Shown: positions 23,360-35,900 of the stretch, piece after piece | How the letters are laid out: each line of letters starts with the position of its first letter | How positions within the stretch are numbered: the first letter of the stretch is position 1 | Source: Haplodiscus bocki | Lineage: Eukaryota | Direction: 5' to 3' | Assembly: GCA_965655095.1 (NCBI GenBank) | Contig: OZ296648.1 | Coordinates: 40,300,001-40,364,000, forward strand | DNA length: 64,000 nt | Made by a program: the position numbers and the translations under genes | Notes under the pieces: model-generated | Seen by the model: the letters and a program-made list of their open reading frames with translations, nothing else | What the model was told of the DNA's origin: nothing | Databases searched by the model: none

Positions 23360-24924
23360 CGGTTAAACAAGATTTTAGAGTTATTTCTCTCAAAAGATAA
23401 TCACGCATGTTCGAATTAAAATGTTCTAGTTTCAAAAGTTCATCACTTGTTGTAGTTTAATCTCTCGTTCCATTTTCACTTTTTCCAACTTGTCTTTTCT
23501 TCTTCTCATCAAATGTCATTTTGTTTTCTTTGTAATCATTTTCAGATGAACTTTGATTCCTCTGAGAAGTGTTTTCAGTGAAGGTACTAAAACTTTTGGA
23601 GAGCTATTTGCAGTGCAAGTATGATCATTCTTCCGAGAATCCTTCAAGCCATAAAAACTACCCTGTTCCAGATTGTTTGCATGTTGTTTTCTAACCCAAT
23701 GCCTCTGTTTTGTGCCTTTAGATGAAATTGTACTTTTGAAATCTTGTAGCCTCATTCACATGTAACTCTTTCTTTTACCGTCTCTAAACGTGCTTTTTTT
23801 GAAGAATGAAATTTATCATTCTCTTAAATTCTCTTGTCTCCGTTACAGAACATCAGAAAAGTATATAGGATTACAAAAACAGAACTAGTGAACAGTTTGA
23901 CAGATGGAACAAGATTTCAGCTGAAATATTACAAAGAATTACACTGTGCAATTGAGAAGAACATAAAAATTTTGATACTAGTTCTATTTGGGTTCATGTT
24001 TTTTCAATTGCACTTCAAGTTGATTGATTTTCAAGCAGCCAAGGAACTTGTTCAAAGTATGGTTTTTTATGTTTCATTTTTTTTTCGAATTTGTCTTTCC
24101 TTTGGAAATTCTTGTAAAATCGGTGTTAAAATCAATTTTTCTACGTCCATCATCACCAAATTAATTTTCACATATTTCCAATATTTAATATGACTCACCT
24201 AGTTCTCGTATAATTTGAAAACATCTACCTCTCAACATTTAACATTTCTCTACCCTATAAATCCTTGTCAATCAACTTTTCTTAAAGTTATCTTTGGTTG
24301 CAATATTTTTTCTGGATACTACAAGCCATTTTTTGCTACCTGTTTTATTGTATTTCCATCTTGTTTTGTTTGCAGGTTAATTTCTTCGCTTTTGCTCCGA
24401 ATAAAATTGACCAAAAATTTTCCTGCAATATCAATCTGAAGAAGAGTTGTTTTTTCAATACTTCTTTGTAACAACTTAATTTTACTCTCTTTTTTTGGTT
24501 ACTTCTTGTCTTTTTCAGATTTGGCTTCTTTTGGCTCCAATTATTTCAATCTGTATACCACCACAAATTTCTAAACCAGCTCCAGCTCCAAGTCTAGGTA
24601 ATTGTATTTTAGACAATCCATTTTTTTGGTTTCTCTGTTTGTGTTGTTTTCAGTTTGTTTGTTTCTTTTCCCTTTCTTTTATCCAGTTCGCGAAAACTCT
24701 GGAAGTGTTTGCCTAATTTTTTGATTAATGTTTGCATTCACATGTTTAATACAAGCTAATAATGGTTTCTTCACCGTTTGTTAAAAATAAATTTTTTGAA
24801 AAACAAACCTAAATAAGACATGAAAGCTTGTATTAAATATACAAATAGAAGATGAGGAATCAAATATGATTATACAGTTGTTTACAATTGAAAATAAGAT
24901 AGAAAGATAGAGATGATACAACTC

Positions 24925-27900
24925 TTATCCCCAAGGTTTACTACCAATTGCAGTTATTTAATTCATTTCGTCATCAATTTCCCATAGCTTTCTTTCGTTT
25001 ACTGATTGTAAATACAATGTATGGTTTCTTTTTTAAATTGTTCTGATAATTAAATGTTCATTTTTTTCTTGAAGTATGATTTTTAGGCACTCTGAATAAG
25101 TATCAAACCTAACAGTTTTATTTGCTGCTTGCGTTACTCTCTTTAGTCTTTCAGTTTAACTACCATCATAAAGACAGAAACTATAAGCTTTTGCTTCAAA
25201 TGCACAAAATTTTTCAAAATCAAGTAAATCTGATGTCTCCATTTTGACTTTATTACAGTTCTTTGTAGTATTTCATAGTTTTGGGATTTTTGAGTTACCA
25301 AGATGGAGTTTATCAATTTTTTCTTGTACTTTCTCAGATCTGTAACTCACCTGTCTGTCTGAAAACCTAAAACACAAGAACCAGTAAGAAAACAATGTAA
25401 TTGAAAAATATCCACCCAAAATACGGTCGTAATTTGTCAAAGAACGGTTCATACAAAATAACTTCGCTAATTTTAAAATTGTAAATCCTTTGAATATCGG
25501 TTTTCGAGCATTTTTTGTTTATCCATCCTGTAGATCCATTTAGAGCTATCATCTACTGAATCTTTTTGTGTAAAGTTTGTTTAAGACAGTTTTTGTTGCT
25601 CTTTTTTCCAATTTCATGGTTGGCAACAAAATTAATATGATTAGTTCTTCCTGGATTTTTGATCGTTTTTGCGACTAAACTACAAGTCATTCAATTAAGA
25701 ATGTTTCTCTAAGTTGACTTCTAGCTACGTTACCTCCTTTTCTACCTTAGTCTTTCTTTTTTTAAAGAGTGATTTTCCTTTAAAACTCAAAAAATGAACT
25801 TTTTGGTGAATTCCATGCCATGATTTCCATAAAACATTGTTTTAGCATTTCATATTACTTAGATTATTTGTTTCGGTCAGTCCAGGCACAAGTTTTATTT
25901 CACTGTAGTCTTTAAATTTCACGTCTAGTGCTGCTGAAAAGTCCGAAAAAGGAATTTATTCTACTTTTTTGAGATTCTGATTCGCAAGGAAAATATCTTG
26001 TTTTGTTTTATTTTCCGCTACTTCTGAAAATGAAAATTCTATTTTTTTTTTGGTTCACAAAAATGTCTTTTTCGTGCGTCCATTGTGCAGATCCATGTTA
26101 AATAACCAACTGCTGAATCCTTTTGTGTAAAGTTTCCATAAGTTATTTAAGGTTGCTCTTCTTTCTGAATTCTCTGATTTGCTACAAACTTTGTAATTTT
26201 TTCCTTGGTTGTTCCATCGTTTTTTCTAATAACCTACAAGACATACCTTTAGGATGTTCTTGTGTGCATTTATCTCTAACGGTTTCACAGAATAAGTTTG
26301 CAAATATGTCTATATGTTTTTAAAGATTGATTTTTGTGTATAAGTCTTAAAGTTATTTATCTTTGTATAATCCGTCTCTTGGTTTACTTGATATTTTTGA
26401 TTTTTATAATTTGTAAAATAAAAGCCTTTATCAGTCCAATCACGTTTTATTGTTCTCTGTGGTTGATAAGTTTCAGGATTGAGGCTAATCATAATACCAG
26501 TGAAACATGTTTCACCTTCTTTTTGATAATCTGAACAAGTGGTAAAACAGTTTTTTTCTTTTTTTTTTGTTTTTTTTTCAGTTTTTTTAGGTCAACGTCT
26601 ACTGCGTAGCTAGATGGTTCAGAACCATCCGGTGTTTTTATTATGTTGTCGTTTGTAACTCTGTTTTATTTTTGCAATCAGCATATGGTAAATTTTGTGT
26701 TAAGCACCAGCCACTTAAAGTATTTGCATCTTTCTATAAAAACAACCTTTTGCCATTTTTACCAAAACGTGGACTTAACACACGCGAAAAACTTGCACGT
26801 ATAGCATTTCAAATACTCTATTTCTTGTTTTAATTTTTTTGTTGAGCCCTATAGGTATAGCCTGGTATTGAAACAAAGTCTAAAAAGTTAAACTGTTACC
26901 TTGTGAAAAATTCTTCATTAAATCCGGTCAATTCACTTGCGAATAGTAGTACATCAAATGAATTAGAAAAAAATTTGGTAAATATGTTTCAGTTTTCAGA
27001 TCAAACTTCTCGATTATTTGAATTCTATCTCGAGTATCTGGAGTTACATATGTGATTGCTGAAAAAGAATTCTCTTTGAGATCTGCATTAGACTTGCCAT
27101 AATCTTTTCTGTGGGCCTGAATGTTTCCGAAGGTTGCACCGTTTTTTCAAAATTCCCACAGCTCAACAAAAATTTTCTCGGTTATTTTGAAATAACTTTC
27201 CTTTTTTGCTGTTAGTAATTCAGCTGAAGGCAATTTGGTAAGTCCTAAAGAATCTATATGTCTTTTAAAACCATTATTCCTGGAAAAAATTGTTCTCTTG
27301 TTTTTGGTTTTAGTTTGAACTTGATATTTAAAAGCTTTTGTCCCCTTTTTCTTATGGAGATTATTGTGAAATAGATGTAGACCTAATATGTATCAGCATA
27401 GGCATAAACTGTAAATATGATGATCTTAATTTCGTGTTGAATACAACATTTGCTGCTCCTCTAGATTTTCCTGTTTTTTGATTATGGTCTCGTACTATAT
27501 TTTCTTGTCTTTCCTCACGTTAGTTCTTAATTTTCAGTTGGTTTCTTGTTCTATCAGGTTCAAAATACTTTTAAATTAGAAAATGGAAATTGGGTTTGCA
27601 TGTTCCAGCATGTCCAACATTTTTCGGTTTCATCAGTGTCTTCTTCATCTTTTTCACTCAAAACTAGAGACACTCTAGCTTTTTTTGAGATTTTTTGAAG
27701 TTCTTCAACTGAAACTTTTGAAAGTTTTACAAAGCATTTTTGACAGGTTTCACCAAAATCAGCAATATAAATAGATTTCAGAAGATTTTTTGTTTTTGAA
27801 TTCACTGCAATTCCATAACTAAACGGTTTTGTTCGTGAGGCACATTGACGTTTCCTTTTGTTTCGTTCAATGGTTTTTGCAACCGTTCAACATCATCAAA

Positions 27901-29905
27901 AAATTTAACTGAAATTGAAATTTTGTAATAAAGTTAGTCAAACTTCAGGTATTCATCTTTGGGAAATGTCGTTTCACGTGATGGGTTCTTTGGACAAAAG
28001 TTTTGGTGTTTTTTTAGCTTGTTTTCTGCTGAATAAAAAGATAATTAAGTTATACATACAATTACTCTGAAGTTGGCGGACCAACAAATGTGTGTAAGTT
28101 TCATTTATGAAACAAAAAAGTTGTTTAAAAAGAAGTAGGTCAAAAAATTTTAAAGTTTCTTTTTTTAATAAATACAGTGGAAAAAAAACATTTTGCCATG
28201 TTCGTTCACGATCAGTATTTTCCAAAAGTTTTTTGGTTAGGTATTTTTATTTCTCTAACTTAGAAAGATCATTATCTTTTAAACCATTATTGAAATCTAT
28301 ATGTCTCAAATATACTAGGACGTAGATTTTTGCGTGACTTCTATGATAGGGTGCATTTGCTTTATTTGGATGATAAAGATCAAAACACACCACAATGCAC
28401 AAACAGTTTGAATATGACGTTGCAGGACGATAATTGATCTGTCGTCTCAAAGAAGATTAACAGTTTTAGAACTATCCTTTTTATAAGGACAATTTCTAAA
28501 ACCCCTTTTGGCAATGCTGTCAAATAAGTTCCGGATCGATCAATTTCAATTCGTTCAATTTGTCAGTCTCATTCTCGCTGTATGTTTCTTTTATGAATTT
28601 TATCCAGTGAGAATTTGTTTTGCTCTGGTATGTGCAAAAAGATATTAGTTACGTTAAGAATAAATTAATCACGTTTTGAACCATAATTTTCTTGATCGAA
28701 GAAAGCATAAAAGCAAAAATTGCTTTCAAAACATGGTTTGTTAAGTAATTTTGCTTAAGTTCTACAAGCTGCTTTAAGTACCAGATGTGCATTACTCTTG
28801 TTATATTTTTCTATGGGCCAATTTGTAATAGTGGTATTAGCATAATCTGGTGCTAAAGGTATAAAATGTAAAAAGTTTATTTTGCTGAGCCTCGTGCTAT
28901 TTTAAATGGACAGTCTGTATAAGCAGCTCTTGCAATGTATTTGCCTTTCGATGGCATTTTTGATTTACAAATTTTGCAAAATGTTTCTTGGTTTATTTTG
29001 AGGAAATACTGGTTGGATTTTAAATGCTTTCATGAAAAGTTTGGGGAAAAGTTGTATTACATTTTTTACGATTATTTTGTTTTTTTTCCTGTTTCAGGAA
29101 TTTGTTTTACTGTTTCTTTGTGATGGTAGTAAAATTTTTTCTTCATAACGGATTGCATCACTTAGAAGCAACTGTTTTGGTGCTTTCTGTCAAGGTAAAT
29201 GTTAATGGTTCCTTTTTAAAAAATCTTTTCTCTCGAAATAAAATCTTATTTCCTTCGATTCTTAAATCGGTGGTAATATGTTTTACTATACTGTTAAGTT
29301 TATGCGTACTTCAAAATAGCAGAATTTTTTTCAAATGTGAGGTTCATTATAATATGAAAATTTGCATAATTCACATTTTGATAAATCACCAGTTTTCAGT
29401 GAACGCCTTTTTGCTTTCTTTATGTTTTCAAAATGCTGATCTAGCATAACTTTTATCGAGAATTTCACAAAAAATTTAATCAGATTTTTTAATATCAATC
29501 AAATCATTAGCATAAGTTTGAAAAGTTGTAGACGTTGCCATTATCAAATGAGTAATAACGTTTTTGGAGAGAAGTTAAGGTATATTTATGTGGAAAACCC
29601 ATTTAAATTCTTTTTGACTGCCTTTAGAGGAATTTCTGCTTGTTGATTAAAGAGTAGCTTCATTTTGTGTATACAGTAATAGGCCTGTAATTTTCATATT
29701 TTTTAAAAGTTGTTTCTAATGCTGAAATACATGTTTCCTAGTTAGTTATCAGCAGTGTTTTATTTCTTGATTTCGCTGGCAAATATATCCATCAGGGTTG
29801 TCATTAAAAAGCATATCTTTATCCAGCAAGAGTTTGTCTCGATGTTTTTCCGAAATGTACTTTTATGTATAGATTAGGCATGTGGATCTTTATTGTTTTT
29901 GAGCC
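24925..29905 (-). pseudogene. Maverick/Polinton pPolB pseudogene (right arm, inverted, chimeric)
   Basis: LWCVL..MHP, FNNGLKDNDLSKLEK, KPFSYGIA, EKDEED..CWTC, VRDH..TGKSRGAA (EndoVII-like), HIDS, DVLLFA, SIPGYT, KDANTLSGW..QNLP, DWTDK..Y, LYEPFFDKLRPYFG. Confidence 0.9.
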
Positions 29906-29909
29906 AAAA

Positions 29910-32900
29910 TTTTCATGAAATTGAATGTTAGGCTTTTTATGGTTTATATTACGCTCTTCAGATCAACCGTGGTGGATATTTAAACAAACGAAATTAATGA
30001 CCAGAACATTATTGTTATTTAACAAAGAAAAATTAAATTATTTTATCTCAATAAAGTTGATTGAAATTCACAAACCTAAACAGTAAACAAAGAACGAAGC
30101 TAATCTAGAAGCAACAAATAGACACTACTACCGTCGTAACTTCCTTTTTAGAATGGTAGCAAAGACAGTAAGTCGACCAGTTCAAGGCAACAAGGGATCG
30201 GTTGCAGTTCGAATTTTTCTAGACTTTTTTTGTAGGTCTTCTCGTTGCTGTTTACTCCTTTTTGAGCCTTTTTTGGACAACTTTGAGCTCTCTGCTGCCT
30301 TCTCGTCGGTGCCTGAGCCTGGACGCCGTATACGGGGGTTGGAACAACTCAACTAGTATATGCTTTCGGGCGTCTATTAAGTCTGCATTTGTTCAAAAGG
30401 TTTCTCTTCACCTGTTGGAGGGTTTTGAATCTCTATTCGTTCCTTATTTGTAGCTATCTTCCAGGGCGAGCTGCTTGCTAACAACAATCAAGCCAAAGTC
30501 TTTCTTGATTGGCTAAATTGCTACCTCTCTTACATGATGGAAACTTACAGGTGGCCTTTGATGTCCAGCAAGTTGCAATTATGAACTATGAGAGCCCTTT
30601 TGTTCCGTCGGAAAAGCTTCGATGCCATTCGCACAATCCTTTAGTTCTGGTTTCGAGTTGGTTTTAATCTTGAAGGTATCCGCCAAAATTAGTACCCACT
30701 TGTAGTCTTTCTGGAAGGTCTTTTACAAGGACCAAGAATTTTCGAGGGTGTGGAATGGAGCCTTGGAGAACCTCGTTGGCGAGAATGCTTACATTGATTG
30801 CTTGGCCAGATATAGTAGATAGTTTTTCCCGGTCCAGATGAAAGAAAAAGAACTTTTTACAGCTTTGCTCTAATTTCTGAATCTTCAAGATTTTTTCTCG
30901 ATTAGTCGTGTGGTACCTTGTCCAATGGTTTTTAAAAGATTGGGTACTTAACATTAAGTTCCTGGGAGGAACGTTCAGCAAGGTTCATACACAGGCCGTC
31001 ACAAAAAATGTTTCCAGTTATAGAGTTGCAGATTTAACTACACGAAAAGCTTAATGAATTGGTTGGATTTTTTTGCAGTAAGCTATCGAGTGGCTCGATT
31101 ATGATTTTATCAATCACTTTAGGCATGTTACACTGTAAACTGATTGGTTTGAAGAAATATAAATCCGTTTGGTCGCAATCGTTATATACAAATGCCACTC
31201 TTGCTCTTTTCCAAAAATTACAGGACAGTTTTCATTTGTTTTAAGCAGCAGAATGTAATCTCAGAGCAAATAATCCGCTCAAATGTTTGCCTTTTCTCGA
31301 CTCGATGTTTGCCCATTGCAATCACGCCAAAATCCAACGTTGGTAAAATTTGTCCAGTGGTTGCTAAAGTATTTTTAAAATCCTAACTTGTTCGTTACGA
31401 CGCCTAATATTTTCATGAAATTGAATGTTAGGCTTTTTATGGTTTTTATTACGCTCATCAGAACAACCGTGGTGGATATTTAAACAATCGAAACTAATGA
31501 CTAGAACATTATTGTTATTTAACAAAGAAAAACGTTAAATACTTTATGAAAATAAAGTTGATTGAAATTCACAGACCTAAACATTAAACAGAGAACGAAG
31601 CTAATCTAGAAGCAACAAATAGACACTACTACCGTCGTAACTTCCTATTTAAAATGGTACCAAAGACAGTAAGTCGACGAGTTTAAGGCAACAAGGGATC
31701 GGTTGCAGTTCGAATTTTCCTAGACATTTTTTGTAGGTCTTCTCGTTGCTGTTTACTCCTTTTTGAGCCTTTTTTGGACAACTTTGAGCTCTCTGCTGCC
31801 TTCTCGTCGGTGCCTGAGCCTGGACGCCGTATACGGGGGTTGGAACAACTCAACTAGTATATGCTTTCGGGCGTCTATTAAGTCTGCATTTGTTCAAAAG
31901 GTTTCTCTTCACCTGTTGGAGGGTTTTGAATCTCTGTTCGTTCCTTATTTGTAGCTATCTTCCAGGACGAGCTGCTTGCTAACAACAATCAAGCCAAAGT
32001 CTTTCTTGATTGGCTAAATTGCTACCTCTCTTACATGATGGAAACTTACAGGTGGCCTTTGATGTCCAGCAAGTTGCAATTATGAACTATGAGAGCCCTT
32101 TTGTTCCGTCGGAAAAGCTTCGATGCCATTCGCACAATCCTTTAGTTCTGGTTTCGAGTTGGTTTTAATCTTGAAGGTATCCGCCAAAATTAGTACCCAC
32201 TTGTAGTCTTTCTGGAAGGTCTTTTACAAGGACCAAGAATTTTCGAGGGTGTGGAATGGAGCCTTGGAGAACCTCGTTGGCGAGAATGCTTACATTGATT
32301 GCTTGGCCAGATATAGTAGATAGTTTTTCCCGGTCCAGATGAAAGAAAAAGAACTTTTTACAGCTTTGCTCTAATTTCTGAATCTTCAAGATTTTTTCTC
32401 GATTAGTCGTGTGGTACCTTGTCCAATGGTTTTTAAAAGATTGGGTACTTAACATTAAGTTCCTGGGAGGAACGTTCATCAAGGTTCATACACAGGCCGT
32501 CACAAAAAATGTTTCCAGTTATAGAGTTGCAGATTTAACTACACGAAAAGCTTAATGAATTGGTTGGATTTTTTTGCAGTAAGCTATCGAGTGGCTCGAT
32601 TATGATTTTATCAATCACTTTAGGCATGTTACAGTGTAAACTGATTGGTTTGAAGAAATTTAAATCCGTTTGGTCGCAATCGTTATATACAAATGCCACT
32701 CTTGCTCTTTTCCAAAAATTACAGGACAGTTTTCATTTGTTTTAAGCAGCAGAATGTAATCTCAGAGCAAATAATCCGCTCAAATGTTTGCCTTTTCTCG
32801 ACTCGATGTTTGCGCATTGCAATCACGCCAAAATCCAACGTTGGTAAAATTTGTCCAGTGGTTGCTAAAGTATTTTTAAAATCATAACTTGTTCGTTACG

Positions 32901-35900
32901 ACGCCTAATATTTTCATGAAATTGAATGTTAGGCTTTTTATGGTTTTTATTACGCTCTTCAGAACAACCGTGGTGGATATTTAAACAAACGAAACTAATG
33001 ACTAGAACATTATTGTTATTTAACAAAGAAAAACGTTAAATACTTTATGAAAATAAAGTTGATTGAAATTCACAGACCTAAACATTAAACAGAGAACGAA
33101 GCTAATCTAGAAGCAACAAATAGACACTACTACCGTCGTAACTTCCTATTTAAAATGGTACCAAAGACAGTAAGTCGACGAGTTTAAGGCAACAAGGGAT
33201 CGGTTGCAGTTCGAATTTTTCTAGACGTTTTTTGTAGGTATTCTCGTTGCTGTTTACTCCTTTTTTAGCCTTTTTCGGACAACTTTGAGCTCTCTGTTGC
33301 CTTCTCGTCGGTGCCTGAGCCTGGACGCCGTATACGGGGGTTGGAACAACTCAACTATTATATGCTTTCGGGCGTCTGTTAAGTCTGCATTTGTTCGAAA
33401 GGTTTCTTTTCACCTGTTGGAGGGTTTTGAATCTCTATTTGTTCCTTATTTGTAGCTATCTTCCAGGACGAGCTGCTTGCTGACAACAATCAAGCCAAAG
33501 TCTTTCTTGGTTGGCTAAAATGCTACCTCTCTTACATGATGGAAACTTGCAGGTGGCCTTTGATGTCCAGGAAGTTGCAATTATGAACTATCAGAACCCT
33601 TTTGTTCCGTCGGAGAAACTTCGATGCCATTCGCACAATCCTTTAGTTCTGGTTTCGAGTTGGCTTTAATCTTGAAAGTATCCGCCAAAATTAGTACCCA
33701 CTTTTAGTCTTTCTGATAGGTCTTTTACAAAGACCGAGAATTTTTGAGGGTGTTGAATGGAGCCTTGGAGAACCTCGTTGGTGAAAATGAATACCTTGAT
33801 TGCTTGGCCAGATATAGTAAATGGTTGTTCCCGGTCCAGATGTAAGAAAAAGAACTTTTTACAGCTTTCCTCTAATTTCTGAATCTTCAAGAACTTTTTC
33901 GATCAGTCGTGTGGTACCTTGTCCAATGGTTTTTAAAAGTTTGGGTACTTAACATTAAGTTCCTGGGAGGAACGTTCATCAAGGTTCATACACAGGCCGT
34001 CACAAAAAATGTTCCCAGTTATAGAGTTGCAGATTTAACTACACGAAAAGCTTAATGAATTGGTTGGATTTTTTTGCAGTAAGCTATCGAGTGGCTCGAT
34101 TATGATTTTATCAATCACTTTAGGCATGTTACAGTGTAAACTGGTTGGTTTGAAGAAATTTAAATCCGTTTGGTCGCAATCGTTATATACAAGTGCCACT
34201 CTTGTTCTTTTCCAAAGATCAGAGGACAGTCTTCTTTTGTTTTAAGCAGGAGAATGTAATCTGAGAGCAAATAAACCACTCAAATGTTTGCATTTTCTCA
34301 ACTCGATGTTTGCCCCTTGGTATCACCCCAAAATCCAACATTGGTATTATTTGTCCAAGGGTTGGAAGAGTGTTTTTAAAATCCTAACTTGTTCGTTAGG
34401 ACGCCTAATATTTTCATGAAATTGGATGTTAGGCTTTTTATGGTTTTTATTATGCTCTTCAGAACCACCGTGGTGGATATTTAAACAAAGGAAATTAATG
34501 ACTAGAACATTATTGTTATTTAACAAAGAAAAATTAAATTATTTTATCTCAATAAAGTTGATTGAAATTCACAAACCTAAACATTAAACAAAGAACGAAG
34601 CTAATCTAGAAGCAACAAATAGACACTACTACCGTCGTAACTTCCTTTTTAGAATGGTAGCAAAGACAGTAAGTCGACCAGTTCAAGGCAACAAGGGATC
34701 GGTTGCAGTTCGAATTTTTCTAGACGTTTTTTGTAGGTCTTCTCGTTGCTGTTTACTCCTTTTTGAGCCTTTTTTGGACAACTTTGAGCTCTCTGCTGCC
34801 TTCTCGTCGGTGCCTGGGCCTGGACGCCGTATACGAGGGTTGGAACAACTCAACTAGTATATGCTTTCGGGCGTCTATTAAGTCTGCATTTGTTCAAAAG
34901 GTTTCTCTTCACCTGTTGGAGGGTTTTGAATCTCTATTCGTTCCTTATTTGTAGCTATCTTCCAGGACGAGCTGCTTGCTAACAACAATCAAGCCAAAGT
35001 CTTTCTTGATTGGCTAAATTGCTACCTCTCTTACATGATGGAAACTTGCAGGTGGCCTTTGATGTCCAGCAAGTTGCAATTATGAACTATGAGAGCCCTT
35101 TTGTTCCGTCGGAAAAGCTTCGATGCCATTCGCACAATCCTTTAGTTCTGGTTTCGAGTTGGCTTTAATCTTGAAAGTATCCGCCAAAATTAGTACCCAC
35201 TTGTAGTCTTTCTGGAAGGTCTTTTACAGGGACCAAGTATTTTTGAGGGTGTGGAATGGAGCCTTGGAGAACCTCGTTGGCGAGAATGCTTACATTGATT
35301 GCTTGGCCAGATATAGTAGATAGTTTTTCCCGGTCCAGATGAAAGAAAAAGAACTTTTTACAGCTTTCTTCTAATTTCTGAATCTTCAAGATTTTTTTTC
35401 GATCAGTCGTGTGGTACCTTGTCCAATGGTTTTTAAAAGTTTGGGTACAGAACACTAAGATCCTGGGAGGAACGTTCATCAAGGTTCATACACAGGCCGT
35501 CACAAAAAAAATTTCCAGTTGCAGAGTTGCAGATTTAACTACACCAAAAGCCTAATGAATTGGTTGGATTTTTTTTGCAGTAAGCTATCGAGCGGCTCGA
35601 TTATGATTTTATCAATCACTTTAGAGAGGTTACAGTGTAAGATGATTGGTTTGAAGAAATTGAAATCTGTTGGGTCGCAATCGTTATATACAAGTGCCAC
35701 TCTTGTTCTTTTCCAAAGATCAGAGGACAGTCTTCTTTTGTTTTAAGCAGGAGAATGTAATCTGAGAGCAAATAAACCACTCAAATGTTTGCATTTTCTC
35801 AACTCGATGTTTGCCCCTTGGTATCACCCCAAAATCCAACATTGGTATTATTTGTCCAAGGGTTGGAAGAGTGTTTTTAAAATCCTAACTTGTTCGTTAG

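Larger units (their letters stand above)
14290..29905. mobile_element. Two truncated Maverick/Polinton halves joined tail-to-tail (imperfect giant palindrome, centre about 22,725)
   Basis: Colinear inverted homology: 16060~29880, 17500~28680, 18330~27830, 18930~26930, 19815~25552, 20990~24370, 21480~23880, 21960~23410. Confidence 0.88.
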
